A stretch of 64,000 bases of DNA from Octopus vulgaris (GCA_951406725.2 OX597822.1:48670001-48734000), one strand, 5' to 3'; numbered from the stretch's first letter, positions 12,091-25,585 are shown. Notes: generated by a model not told the origin, from the sequence alone. Numbers and translations: made by a program.

Positions 12091-12878
12091 TACTTATTAA
12101 TAAAAATTAGGGTTTTCTTGGACATATATTCCACAAATTGAATCAATACACGGAACAGTCAAAGTATGCGAGACTTCTCTAAAGTTTAGACCACGAAAAC
12201 TTGTCATGACTACTTTTGACTTCTAAATTCTATTTCCAATGAATTCCAATGAAGCCTTTAGAATCCAAGAAATCAAAAAACATATACATACACACAAAGT
12301 GTATAATGAATGTTATAGATACATGTATAAAATAGATAATTTGCATATAGCTGTCACCTCGTGAGGCATGCCCGCTTATTTCAGTACTACAAAGTTTTAT
12401 GTAGATAGTATACGCGTAGGATTTGAAAATTCTGGGAAATATGTTTTACAGAGTAATTACATATCAGAACAGGAGAATATATATAAAAAATACTGGTATT
12501 GCTTATTCAACATTACACGTGTTTCATTTTCTAATAGGCGCTACAAAGTTGTACATGTACGAAAAACATGTAAGATATCTCCTATTAGAAATTCTTCAGA
12601 TAGAGAATCACAATATTTTATTAATAAAATCTTAGTAAATGAAACATGTGTAATGGGGAATAATCTTTTGTTTTGATGACTCACCTCCACATAGCTTGAA
12701 GTTTCGTGTGTGCATAGAATACGTCCGTCGCATCAGATGCTTGGCGCTGCAATCAAAATTATATGTAGCTCCTACGAAATGTGCGGAATGTTACTTGCTT
12801 TCGTTCGTTCGTTCGCTCACTCGTATACATTCACACGCACGAACACACACGCACGCACACACGCACACACACACACAC

Positions 12879-12943
<65 letters not shown>

Positions 12944-13216
12944 ACAATCTCTGATTCACTGGATTTAGTTTCGTTTCCTTTTTCTCTTCAGCAGCAAGGG
13001 AGACAATCCACCATTCCTCATCAGCTCTACGTCCTACCAGTCACATGATGTTTGACTCATTGAATAGATGGCGAGATAATGACATTCTGTCCAAAGAATT
13101 TCGAAGAGAATCTGATTTTAGTAGGATATCTTTTTGCTTTATTATTTTTTTTATATTCTACTGTTCTTTTTTTTTAATGATTTTTACATTTTTTCATCAG
13201 ATATTTTTATGATCTT

Positions 13217-13410
13217 TCAATCATTGGACTGCGGCCATGCTGGGGCATCGCATGAAAGGTTTTTAGTCAAACAAATCGATCCTAGTACAAGTTCGTTTAA
13301 GTTTGGTACGATTCTATTGGTATCGTTTGCCGAGCTGCTATTGTTACCGGGACATATACAAACCGACACCGCTTGTCAAGCGGTGGTGAGGTAAAGACAA
13401 AGACACCTAC
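13217..13410 (-). mobile_element. SINE family A 3' half
   Basis: GACTGCGGCCATGCTGGGGCA...TTGTCAAGCGGTGG. Confidence 0.75.
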
Positions 13411-13472
13411 TTCCCCACACCCTCACGCACATACTCATTAGTATGTATGTCTCTTCTATTTTTTAACTGCGT

Positions 13473-13830
13473 AGGCGCAGGAGTGGCTGTGTGGTAAGTA
13501 GCTTGCTTACCAACCACATGGTTCCGGGTTCAGTCCAACTGCGTGGCACCTTGGACAAGTGTCTTCTACTATACTCCCGGGCCGACCGAAGCCTTGTAAG
13601 TGGATTTGGTAGGCGGAAACTTAAAGAAGTCCGATCTGTGTGTGTGTTTTTGTGTCTGTGTTTGTCTCCCCACCATCGCTTGACAACCGATGTTGGCGTG
13701 TTTACGTCCCCGTAACTTAGCGGTTCGGCAAAAGGGTCTGATAGAGTAAGTGCTGGGGCGATTTGTTCAACTAAAAGCGGTGCTCCAGCATGGTCGCGAT
13801 CAAATGACTGAAACAAATAAAATAAAAGAA
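13473..13830 (+). mobile_element. SINE family A, near full length, inserted in a LINE 3' UTR
   Basis: AGGCGCAGGAGTGGCTGTGTGG...CAAATGACTGAAAC. Confidence 0.9.
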
Positions 13831-13834
13831 TATT

Positions 13835-14066
13835 ATAAATCTTCCACTGAGGAGGGAACCGATTTCCAACAAAGGTACAAGGCTCTCATCTTTGGGATAT
13901 AGTCAACACAGACAAATTCACATTTGGAACTTGAGAAAAGTCTTGCATATTTTTACTGTTCCACTCACAGATTGCACTTATAATGTACGAATCAGCCGGT
14001 TGATTTCTCTTTCTGAAAATCCCAGTTTATCCAGATCCCCCTTTAAACCTTTACTAACAAAACCTA
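13835..14066 (-). mobile_element. 3' end of an R4/Dong-like non-LTR retrotransposon
   Basis: Minus translation KGLKGDLDKLGFSEREINRLIRTL*VQSVSGTVKICKTFLKFQM* (stop 13918-13920); homologous to 47632-47820. Confidence 0.6.
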
Positions 14067-14171
14067 GTGTGTATGTATGTATGTATGTATGTATGTATGT
14101 ATGTATGTATGTATGTATGTATGTATGTATGCATGTATGCATGTATGTATACATGTTTGTATGTATGTATC

Positions 14172-14320
14172 TCTTTCAATCGATTCCCTTCAACCAATTT
14201 CACTCACAAGGCATTGGCCGGTCCGGGGGCTATAGTGGAAGTCACCCAAAATATTACATAGTGGGACTGAACTCGGAACCCTGTGATGGCAAAGCGAGCT
14301 TCTTAATCACACAGCCACAA
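14172..14320 (-). mobile_element. SINE family A 5' half
   Basis: CACTCACAAGGCATTGG...GTGGGACTGAAC...CACAGCCAC. Confidence 0.75.
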
Positions 14321-14336
14321 AGAACATCAATCCGCT

Positions 14337-14733
14337 TTATTACCTCCGCCCTAGCGGAGGTGGAGGCGTAGTTTTTCAGTCGTGTTTGTTTGTTTGTTTG
14401 TTTCTCTGTCCGTGGACAAGATATCTCAAGAACCGCTGGATGGATTCGAATGAAACTTTCAGAGATGTTTGGTCTTGTGACTGGCACGAACTGATTAGAT
14501 TTGGGGATCGATCCGGTACCGGACAAGGATTTCTGGATTATTTTTTCCGTTTTTTTTGTTGCTGCTTTTTAATTAATTTTCGAGAGCAATCGGGTTCATT
14601 TTTAGTATTCTCGTTTGTGAGAGCAGTTGAGTTTATTTTTGATATTCTCATTTTAAAAATCATCCCTGGCTAATCGTTGAGGGGACGTTGGTGTTGCCTT
14701 GGCAGAGGTTTGCGCTCTCTGAATGCTCTTGTT
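14337..14733 (+). mobile_element. Helentron-associated non-autonomous element (HINE/DINE-1-like)
   Basis: 5' subTIR ACCTCCGCC with nearby short inverted repeat GCGGAGGT, (TTTG)n microsatellite, 3' subTIR TTGGCAGAGGT followed by stem-loop GCGCTCTCTGAATGC; T-rich flanks, no TSD. Confidence 0.7.
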
Positions 14734-14943
14734 ATTACTGCTTTTTTTTGTTTTGTTTCGTTTTTCTTCACGTGCTGTGAGCATAAACAAGTTATCACAC
14801 AACTAAAATGCCTCTTTATTTTTCTGAATAAAACAAGAAATTCGAAAGCCTTTTTTTTATTTCGCCAGCATTATCCGTCATTTACCTGTTTAGAAATATA
14901 TCTGAGAAATTTCAGTTCAAAATGTGTATTAATAAGTAAGTTA

Positions 14944-15444
14944 CAGTAATCCTTCGACTAACGCAGACGTTACGTTCCAAAATCTGTCCCCACCCCCACC
15001 CGCGATAGGTGAAACTCCGCGAAGTAGAAACAGTACTGTGTTATATATTGTTTTATTTTTATAATTTGTATATACTTATTTTATTATAAATGCAAAACAA
15101 CATTCTACACTTGCCTCCCGACTTCCATTTTCCGTACAATACGTACGATTCTTTGTTTACTCATCTACGGTACACTACGTATTTTCTTTTAATATATTTT
15201 AATGTGATATACAGTGTAGTACTGCACTGTATTTTTATTTATGAATTCATTAATTTTATACGCGAAAATGCTTCTTTTACCACATGAATAATCAAAATCT
15301 AAGAAAAATATAAATACCTGTCGGCCGCAGAAACCCACGATATACTGACGAGTCCGCGATATGAATATACATTTATTAGCCAGAAAAATCCGCGAGGTAC
15401 TTACTAAGTGTGCGATAGGCGAATCGCGATATGGCGAATGATTA

Positions 15445-15447
<3 letters not shown>
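14944..15447. mobile_element. pogo/Tigger-like (Tc1-mariner) MITE
   Basis: TA-CAGTAATCCTTCG ... CGAATGATTACTG-TA; internal CCGCGA repeats; deleted sister copy at 53978-54183. Confidence 0.8.
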
Positions 15448-15502
<55 letters not shown>

Positions 15503-15559
15503 TAATCATTCGCCATATCGCGATTCGCCTATCGCGCACTTAGTAAGTACCTCGCGGAT
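15388..15559. repeat. 172-bp near-perfect palindrome centred on (TA)n
   Basis: Arms 15388-15444 and 15503-15559 (56/57 complementary). Confidence 0.95.
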
Positions 15560-15677
15560 ATAGAATTTTATTTGTTTATTTTTGTTTTTAGAGAGAGAAT
15601 ACAGCTCTTGCTTAATGCAGACCACCAATAAGTCCTTTGGAACTTGGAATTTTTTTTTTAAGTGGCTGCCTAGTTTC

Positions 15678-15718
<41 letters not shown>

Positions 15719-16259
15719 CATATATATCTGTATATGTATGTATTCGTTGTTCTATATACACCTCATCAATTTATCGTATCACTGCGATGCTCTTAAAAGA
15801 TACAAACAAAAACTGACAAAAATAATAGACACACATACACACACCCACACACACACACACATATTATTTTGTTTGTGTAAGAATCGCAACGATTGTTTTG
15901 GTTAAATAGTTTCTAATCAGATATTATGCAAGACCAGAAAGAAATACGAAAGCGCGTGCGCATGAGTGTGTGTGTGTGTGTGTGTATGAGACAGAGAGAG
16001 AGGGGGGAGGGAGAGGGTGGTGATGGTGGTGGTAGTAGTGGTGGTGGTGGTGAGAATGGGCTGTTTCTTATTGAAGGACCCTTTTTTTGAAATTCTCGAG
16101 TTACGGTTGTAAAACACACATAAAACGAAGAAAATATCGGAAACTAGGCAGCCACTTAAAAAAAGAAATTCCAAGTTCCAAAGGACTTATTGGTGGTCTG
16201 CATTAAGCAAGAGCTGTATTCTCTCTCTAAAAACAAAAATAAACAAATAAAATTCTATA
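15559..16259. repeat. ~125-bp inverted duplication (15559-15683 vs 16134-16259)
   Basis: Reverse-complement identical except one indel in a T run. Confidence 0.95.
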
Positions 16260-16834
16260 AAAATAATAATAAATAAATAAATGAATAATAATAATAAAAA
16301 ACAGAATTAAGTGTTAGAATTAAATAGCTTCTCCTCGCGGGACATATAATGTATCTAAAAAATTTTTTGCTGTATTTTGTTTGTTTTTATATATTTTTAA
16401 TGCTGTTGTTGTTGTTGGTGGTGGTGGTGTTGGTGGTATTTTTATCTGTGGTGATGATGGTGATGGTGATGGTGGTGCTGGTGCTGGTGGTGCTACTGCT
16501 TTGCGGTGGTGTTACTTGTAAGTGTCGACAACTTTGCGCTTCAAACGGGAAAACGATCTTTTAAACATGGCTGACAGAGATTTTTAATGTGGGATTTTTC
16601 TGATTTGCTTAACCACAAAGCAGCCATCTTCCAAAAAGAGATTTGAGCACAACCACACATACACATACACACACGCGTACACACACATATACTAGTGCAA
16701 TATGACTATATATGTGTATATGTGGCGACTTTTATCAATTCTTGTTTTTTCTTTCTTTCTTTTGTACGTAACCGAATATTTTATGGAATTGTTCGGGGTT
16801 TTTTTTCTCCATCTTTTTACCTTTTTTTAAAACT

Positions 16835-17074
16835 TTTTCAGTCACTAGACTGCAGTCACACTGGGGCACCGCCTTGAAGAATGTTTTAGTCGAATGAATC
16901 GACGCAGTACTTATTTTTTGTCCTTTTTAAACGTGCTACTTATTATATCGGTTCCTTTCTACTGAACCGCTAGGCTACTGGGACCTAAACACCAACACCG
17001 GTTGTCAAGCGTTGGTTGGGAACAAACACAGACACACATAAACACAGACACACATAAACAGAGAGAGAGAGAGG

Positions 17075-17108
<34 letters not shown>

Positions 17109-17250
17109 AACAGAGCGTGAGAGAGAGAGAGAGAGAGAGATTTCTTTCAGTTTCCATCTACGAAATCCACTCACAAGGCTTTGGTCGGCTCGTGGCTATA
17201 GTAGAAGACACTTGCCCAAGGTGCCACGCAGTAGGATTCAACCCTAAGCC
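16835..17250 (-). mobile_element. SINE family A with internal (GA)/(CA) tract
   Basis: TTTCAGTCACTAGACTGCAGTC ... CACTTGCCCAAGGTGCCACGCAGT. Confidence 0.85.
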
Positions 17251-17689
17251 ATGGAGGGCTTCGTGGCCTTCACATACCTTCCAATATCGATAAGCTAATC
17301 CGATTTATCGCTAATATTTATTTAATCTTATCCGAGGACATGGTGGTTTGTCTTCTAGAGCAAGGATTCTTATTCCACACAGGTTTGACACGAGGACCTA
17401 GGAATCCGGAAATGCAATGAATCCAGACCCACACGAGAGTAGTGTCTATGATAGACTAGCGCCCTATCCATGAGGTTGTGGTTTATCCCTCATCTCAATG
17501 ACACCACATTGCCTCAGTTCGCCTAGTTCTTGCTCAGAGTAAACATGTATCAGCGATTTATAAGGACACGTTATATGCAATACGCTAGCGTCCTAGCCAG
17601 GAGGTTGTAGAAAAATTCAGGCAAGCATCCATCTCCAACACTGATACTAATGTACCTAGGGCAACATTATCTAAAGTTTCCTACCATTT

Positions 17690-17772
17690 TTCATATGTGA
17701 TTCTGGATGCTATTTCTAGCGACTAGCGACTCTAGTTAGTGACTGCTTAAGTAGAGGTTCTCTCGTTAGCTC
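17690..17772 (-). mobile_element. Dispersed repeat family E head
   Basis: Minus GAGAGAACCTCTAC...GCTAGAAATAGCA, shared with the 18575, 22531, 23826 and 62085 copies. Confidence 0.5.
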
Positions 17773-17775
17773 CAA

Positions 17776-17957
17776 TGATGAATGACGATGAGATAGGTGG
17801 TAATGGTGGTCACTGTCGTCGTCATGATGATGACGATGATGACGATGACGATGACGACGACGATGATAATGATGGTGGTGGTGGTGGCGGCGGCGGCCGT
17901 GGTGGTGGTGGTGATGATGATATTGATTATGATGATGATGGTGACGACGACGACAAC

Positions 17958-18025
<68 letters not shown>

Positions 18026-18408
18026 CGATGACGATGATGATGACAAAAATAATTCTTTAGATCTCAACATTTATCAGCAAAAAAGAAACAATAATAAAAT
18101 GAATTTTATATTATGCAACTCAACTCATTTTTAATACGACGACCACCGCCTCCACCACCACCACCACCGTAGCCGCCACCGCCACTCTCGTCACCAACCT
18201 GTAATTCTCTTTCAACTGCCTTCGTTATTCTCGTATCTGCCACAACCGCCATTACTAAACCGTCCATTTTCACCACCACCACCACCACCACCACCACCAC
18301 CACCATCATCATCATCGTCATTTTCATTAGCACCTTCACCATGATGATAATTATCATCGTCATCATCATCATCATGGCCACTACGACAACCAACACCTTT
18401 ACCACCAC

Positions 18409-18442
<34 letters not shown>

Positions 18443-18480
18443 GACATCATTATTATTTCCTCAACCACCGTTACGACCAC
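17776..18480. repeat. Compound (GAT)/(GGT)/(CAC)/(CAT) trinucleotide arrays
   Basis: Directly visible. Confidence 0.9.
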
Positions 18481-18574
18481 TTTACCACACTTTTGATTGG
18501 GTCAACGAGATGGTCGCAGTTGGAGCGACGCCGATAAATGACTTGAAATGATTTGTCTGCACGAAAGGGCAAAA

Positions 18575-18775
18575 CGAGCCAACAAAGGGAGCAAACGTCT
18601 ACAGTGTTCACTTCTTGAAATAACAGCCAACAATTCCTCAAAATCACACGTTATCATCTTCAGATTAGGAAGGACACATCGAATGATATGGCTCTGCATA
18701 AAAGACGGCATGGTCACGGATGGGGCGCTTCTGATCTCGGGTTTGTTCAATCAGAATTGACCTAGGACTAAATAC
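18575..18775 (+). mobile_element. Dispersed repeat family E
   Basis: GAAATAACAGCCAA...AAATCACAC...GGAAGGACACAT...ATGGTCACGG...TTGACCTAGGACTAAA, shared with other copies. Confidence 0.6.
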
Positions 18776-18806
18776 CCACCACCACCATCATCACCACCAC
18801 CACACC

Positions 18807-18838
<32 letters not shown>

Positions 18839-18853
18839 CAACAGCAACAACAG

Positions 18854-18900
<47 letters not shown>

Positions 18901-20734
18901 ACAACAACAGCAATAACATGTATGACGACATCATTCATAAACTTGTAAATATTTTCCTCCTGCTGCTGAATGTCTCATCTTCACCGTCTTCAAACACATT
19001 GTTTTCACAACCATCAACGCCATTAACACCACTCACGCCACCACCACCACCACCACCACTATCGACACCGCCACCACCACCACCACCACCACCACCACTA
19101 CCGACACCGCCACCACTACCACCACTACTAACACTACCATCACCGCTACCACCCCTTTCCCTACTAACATCACCCCCACCCCCACCACTACCAACATCAT
19201 CATCACCACTACCACCACAACCAAAACCTCCATTGGCACCATCACTACCACCACCACAACCGCCAACACCACAAACAACCCCTCCATCACCACCATCACC
19301 ATCATCGCTTTCTCTGTCTCCACCACCACCACCATCAGCATCACATTACCCCGCCCCATTACCTACCACCTCAACTATATCCCATACTCCATTAACGCTC
19401 TTCCCATCATACAGCACCTTTGGCATCTCCACACACACACACCGCCACCATCACCGCCCTATAACTGATCAATAACCGATATAAACACACACACACACAT
19501 ACACACACATATACCTGACATACACAACACATACACACACATACACACACACACACGCATATACACGACATACACACACACATACACACACAGTGGCGTT
19601 AAACTCTTTACAAATAGTAATCCTCGTTTTGCCCAAAACACAGACTTTAACACTGTTGTTGTTGTTGTTGTTGGTTGTTGTTGTTGTTGTTGTTGTTGTG
19701 GTGGTGGTGGTGGTGGTGGTCACGGTTCTTTTGTTTGCTATCGTTATTGTTTGTTCTTCCTTTCGATCACCGCCGCCGTCGTCGTCACCTTCACCACCAC
19801 CACCACCACCATCGCCATCATTACATCCGTTACCATCATCATCATCACCACCAACACCACAAACCACCACCACCACCATCGCCATCGCAATCATCACCAT
19901 CGTTGTAATCTTTTCCCCTTTCATGTTTGTTGTTTTTTGTTGTCATTTAAATCTTCCCACCACACTTTACTCTCTTTCATTCGCCTATATTCTCTCTCTC
20001 TCTCTCTCTTTCTTTTCTTTTCTTCTTTTTCTTCTCTCTTTTTGTCTCCCAATCTCCACCACCACCACCACCACCACCGCCATCGTCATCATTATCATCT
20101 TCATTACCATCATCGCGTCAATCACATCATCATCATCATCATCATCATTAATATGATCGTTCCCGATCAATAATCTCTCTCTCCCACTCTCCCTCACACT
20201 CTAACTTCACACTTCACTTCTCCCCTCCCCCTCAATATCCACCCCCATACGTCACCTCCCCCACTACTTTTCCCACCAGACAAATAATCACGTTTTATTT
20301 TATTTATTTTTTTTTTTTCATCTTTACACTTTTTCCAATTTAATTCCTCCCCTCTTCCACCCCTCTTTCATCCACTAATTCTACGCATAAACACACACCA
20401 ACATAAACACACACATACACATACATATGTATACACACACTGTCTCTGCCTATCTTTCTCAGTGACACTCAATCATCACGGTCTTTATCCTTTATCTATC
20501 TATCCTTCTATCGATCTATCTGTCTATATCCATTTGTCTATCTATCTATCTGTCTGTCTGTCTGGTTGTCTGTCAGTCTGTCTGTCTATCTATCTATCTA
20601 TTTATCTATCGATCTATCTGTCTATCTGCCTCTCTGTCTGTCTATCTATCTACCTCTCTCTATCTCTCTCTCTCTATCTACCTACCTATTTACCTACCTA
20701 TCTATCTATCTATCTATCTATCTATATTCAATTG

Positions 20735-20792
<58 letters not shown>

Positions 20793-20846
20793 AATCTATC
20801 TATCTATCTATCTGTGTACGTATGTATGTATGTATCTATCTGTCTG

Positions 20847-20903
<57 letters not shown>

Positions 20904-21050
20904 ATTCATTTGTCTATCTATCTGTCTATGTGTCCGTCTGTCAGTCTGTCTATGTAGCCATCAATCTATCGATCCACCTATTAATTTATTTGCCAGTCAG
21001 TCAATCAATGTGTGTGTGTGTGTGTGTGTGTACATATGTCTATCAGTCTG
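18775..21050. repeat. Low-complexity block: (CAC)/(CAT)/(CAA), then (TCTA)n
   Basis: Directly visible. Confidence 0.85.
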
Positions 21051-21378
21051 TCTTGTATTTATGTCTAATCCGTCCCTTCCCCTCTCCCTCCAGCCCTTTT
21101 CCCCCTCCCTTTCCACCCCCTAATCAATAGATCCAATCTGGTATTACATTATATTTCATATTTAACATGAATATTCATTAACACATGCGCATACACGCAC
21201 GCACACCCTCTCTCCCTCTCGCACATGCACACACACCCACGCCCATGTACATCTCCCCACACTAAACGATAATGCATGTTTGATTTAGAACCCTAAGTAC
21301 TAATATACATAATATACACTTACACAGATAATATACACATATTTACGCATACATGCATGCATACACACACACACATAG

Positions 21379-21422
<44 letters not shown>

Positions 21423-21498
21423 CACCCACACGCACGCATATATATTCATATGTATATATGTGTATATATTTCCATTACATAGATATGTGCGTATATAG

Positions 21499-21578
<80 letters not shown>

Positions 21579-21625
21579 GTGTATATATATATGTGTGTGT
21601 ATATGTATTATATATATATATATAA

Positions 21626-21673
<48 letters not shown>

Positions 21674-21720
21674 ATGTATATGTATTATATATATATATAT
21701 ATATGTATATGTATATGTAT

Positions 21721-21847
21721 AGGCGCAGGAGTGGCTGTGCGGTAAGTAGCTTGCTTACCAACCACATGGTTCCGGATTCAGTCCCACTGCGTGGCACCTC
21801 AAGCTTTGTGAGTGGATTTCGTTGAAGGAAACTGGAAGAAGCGCGTC

Positions 21848-21891
<44 letters not shown>

Positions 21892-22056
21892 TATGTAGAA
21901 TAATACAAACTGGGACAAGAACGTAAAACATTTAGAAGACGATAAAAAAACACGGACGGGACATTCGAAGCCTTCAATCTTCAGTCAAGAACCGGATCAT
22001 CCTAGCAATTTCGGCTGCTTAATCTTGATGATAATGATATATTAATCTTGATGATA

Positions 22057-22092
<36 letters not shown>

Positions 22093-22330
22093 TGTATGTA
22101 TGTATGCATACATGCATGCATGCATGCATGCATTTGTGTATTTGTAGCTTGTCCCCACCATCATTGCTTGACAACGAATGTTGGTGTCTTTACGGCCCTG
22201 TATCCTAGCGGTTCGGCAAAAGAGAACGATACGATAAGTGCTAGGCTTACAAAGAATAAGTCCTGGGGTCGATTTGTTCGACTAAATAGCGGTGCTCCAG
22301 CATGGCCTCAGTCAAATAACTGAAACAAAT
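21721..22330 (+). mobile_element. SINE family A interrupted by a ~130-bp insert (21900-22030) in its internal microsatellite
   Basis: Head at 21721 and tail ending at 22326; insert related to 37988-38145 and 63693-63760. Confidence 0.85.
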
Positions 22331-22530
22331 AAATGGTTATAGTACATATGTGCGTGCGTATGTGTACAAAGAAACAGTCTCTCTCTCTCTCTCTCTCACA
22401 TACACACACACACACACACACACACCATAAGTATCATACATATTCTGCATCGTATATATACACCTCTATATATATTGCGAAATCGTCGCACATTGTCGTA
22501 CACATTCGTCATGTATAACAGTTTTTCTAC

Positions 22531-22971
22531 AATGGCCTGATTTAACGTGGTCACTCTACCTGTTAGAAATAGCAACCAAATCGCCATAAAATCACAGTTT
22601 ACTTAGTATTGAAAGAGTACATAAGTAACAGGATACAGGAGAATCGAAACTTTATACATTAGATAACTCCTTTTACAAGAGGCGCAAAGCCTAAAATTTT
22701 GAGGGGAGGAGCTTATTTCACCGAATCCGAAAACGTGAAAGACTATGTCGACCTCGGCGACATTTGAACTCCGAACATCGAGCCGGAAGAAATGTGCTAA
22801 GCGTTTTGTCCGATGCTTTAATGATTCTGCCAGCTCGACCCCTTACATGTTCGATACATTTGGTAACAAAGTCCTTGTTGGCGTTAAAATGATGGGACAG
22901 GCATGGCTGGAATGCCTTTGATCATTGGATTGCCTGATCAGGATTGATCCGGGAACTAAGCAATAACAACG
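22531..22971 (+). mobile_element. Dispersed repeat family E with nested SINE B (22668-22844, minus)
   Basis: ACGTGGTCACTCTACCTGTTAGAAATAGCAACCAAATC...ATGGCTGGAATGCCTTTGATC...; reverse complement of the SINE B head GATTCTGCCAGCTCG at ~22823. Confidence 0.7.
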
Positions 22972-22974
22972 TTG

Positions 22975-23810
22975 CTCACATACTTCACCTCACGTTGCAC
23001 AATTTCTACACATACTATACGACCGACACATTACACGGCACACACACTACGTTTTGTATAATGGACATAACACATATTACACACATATGTTGCGAACATA
23101 CGCATTCTCAAGTACACGTGCACACATTACACAGTACGCATCCATATTGCATAATGTGTTTATGCATTTACCGATATACGTGCATATTACCTAATACACA
23201 CATGCACATTATACAGGACATTCATATGGTACATATATTACACAATACTCACGCATACATTACACAATTTTCACGTACACATTATACATTACATATGTCT
23301 ACATTACCGAACACACATGCATATATTACACAATATTCATGCTTGTATTATGCAGTAAACACCCATACATTACACAATACACGCATTGCACAATACACAG
23401 ACGTTACATAATACCAGACATTATACAATGCATACCAAATACACAGTTTACACAATGCGCACGTATATTGCACAATATACAAATATTATACATCACACTT
23501 TACACAATACATGTGCACACTCTACATACACACATTATGCAATACACACAACATATTCTTAACATTACACAATACATTCTCACATATCATCCAGTACGCA
23601 CACATTAAACAATACACACACGTATTATTGAATATATATGTTATTCTATGTACGCACATATTACACGTTACACATGCGCATCACACATTACAATTCTCAT
23701 ATCACACATACAAAGTATACACATTGCATAAAATGCATAGATTACACGATACACCCATGTTACATAATACAGACATATTACAGAATGCACATACAATACT
23801 CAATCAAGGC
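22975..23810. repeat. Degenerate ACACATATTACACAAT-like minisatellite
   Basis: Recurrent CATTACAC / ATATTACACAAT words in C/A-rich sequence. Confidence 0.7.
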
Positions 23811-23825
23811 ATACGTATGGGAAAA

Positions 23826-24033
23826 TGTGGGGGGCCTCTATTCACTCAGAATAGCCCCTCCATCTGCAAGAAATAACAGCTGCATCTTCCTCATATCACA
23901 TTTTACTTTCTTTAAAGAAATGAAGGGCAGATTATATAATCTATTTCTAAATACATTTTCTAGAAAAGAGGCAGGATGGTCACGGCCAGAAACTTAAGTG
24001 TGCTCGATCGGGGCCGGCCTGGGATGAAACAAC
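23826..24033 (+). mobile_element. Dispersed repeat family E
   Basis: GGGGGGCCTCTA...CTGCAAGAAATAACAGC...TCTTCCTCATATCACA...GGATGGTCACGGC. Confidence 0.6.
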
Positions 24034-24416
24034 GAGGACGAAAACAAAAGGCAGAGGCTTGCATAATACAACACACACACGCATACACACACACACACAC
24101 ACTCCGTTGCTATAAAGGGCACACAAAGCCAGCTAGACCTTCAGTCAGCCTGACCCCCAAAGTCAGTTATTGCTACCCCACTCACCACCCCAAGTCCCTA
24201 TTACCCCCTCCACTCCTACCCCACCCCCAGACAACGTAACCTTTTCTTTACTTCTCTACTCTCACCACTACCTCAACCCCCCATCCCCACCCCCATCGGA
24301 CTCAGTCTGTTAAGTACTGGGGAGAGAGAGGACATACCCATCATCAAAGTGCACAATATCAGTTGACAAACACCACTACCGCCACCATCGCCACAACCAT
24401 TATCCCTACTACTACC

Positions 24417-24449
<33 letters not shown>

Positions 24450-24525
24450 GCTACTACTACTGCTACTGCTGCTGCTGCTGCTACCACCATCACCACCACC
24501 CACAACCACCACCACCTCCGCAACC

Positions 24526-24646
<121 letters not shown>

Positions 24647-25015
24647 TTTCCTGCACTGTACCCTCAATCATTACCACCACACTATCATTAACTACATCTA
24701 CTACCACCACAGCTACAACTAGCACCATTATTACCATTATCCAGCAACAGCACCACCACCACCACTACCACCGCAACCACTATTAACGCTACCCCATCCC
24801 CTCCCCCATTGCTATTAATACTCATCTGCTCTAGTTTTTTGTATGGGTTTGGTGAAGGGTTTGGTGGAATCATGGTGGTGATGGTGGTGGTGGTGGTGGT
24901 TTTATTGTTGATGATAAAGAAGAGGAGGAGGAAGTGGAGGAAGAAGATGTGGGTGGTGGCGTGATAGTTGTAATAATTTTGGTGGGGATGACAGTGCTGT
25001 TATTGTTGTTGTTGT

Positions 25016-25052
<37 letters not shown>

Positions 25053-25499
25053 ATAGTGGTAATGGCGGTGAAGATGACGCTGATCGATCGAGGTTGATAA
25101 TTGATGATGATGTGATGATGATGTGATGATGATGATGATGATGATGATGACGATGACGATGACGATGATGATGATGATGATGATGATGGTGATGGTGGTG
25201 ATGGTGGTGGTGGTGGTGGTGGCGGCCATGGTGGTGGTTTTGGAATGGAATGATGGACCCTTTACTTCCCTGACTTGTCTCCGACTCCTAAAACCTACTC
25301 AGCCCTCAGGGAGATATTGCGGGTAGTTCCACCCTTACCCACTACCCACTGACCCACCCTGTCCGCCCTCTCTTTTCATCTTTCCAAACACACAGACTCC
25401 CTCCATGAATTCACTTGCGTCGTTTTTATTGGCTTTTTCGCTATTGATCTATCTATCTATCTATCCATCCATTAGTCTGTCTGTCTGTCTGACTGTCAG

Positions 25500-25558
<59 letters not shown>

Positions 25559-25585
25559 GTCTGTCTGTCTGTCTGTCTGTCTGTG

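Noticed and set aside
12955-13030. Minus-strand CTGATGA and CTGAAGA...GAAAC hammerhead-like words
   Set aside because: No stem I and a G at the cleavage position; not supportable
17709-17720. Reverse complement GCTAGAAATAGC matches the sgRNA tetraloop
   Set aside because: Only 12-13 nt, a generic GAAA hairpin inside repeat family E; no other scaffold sequence
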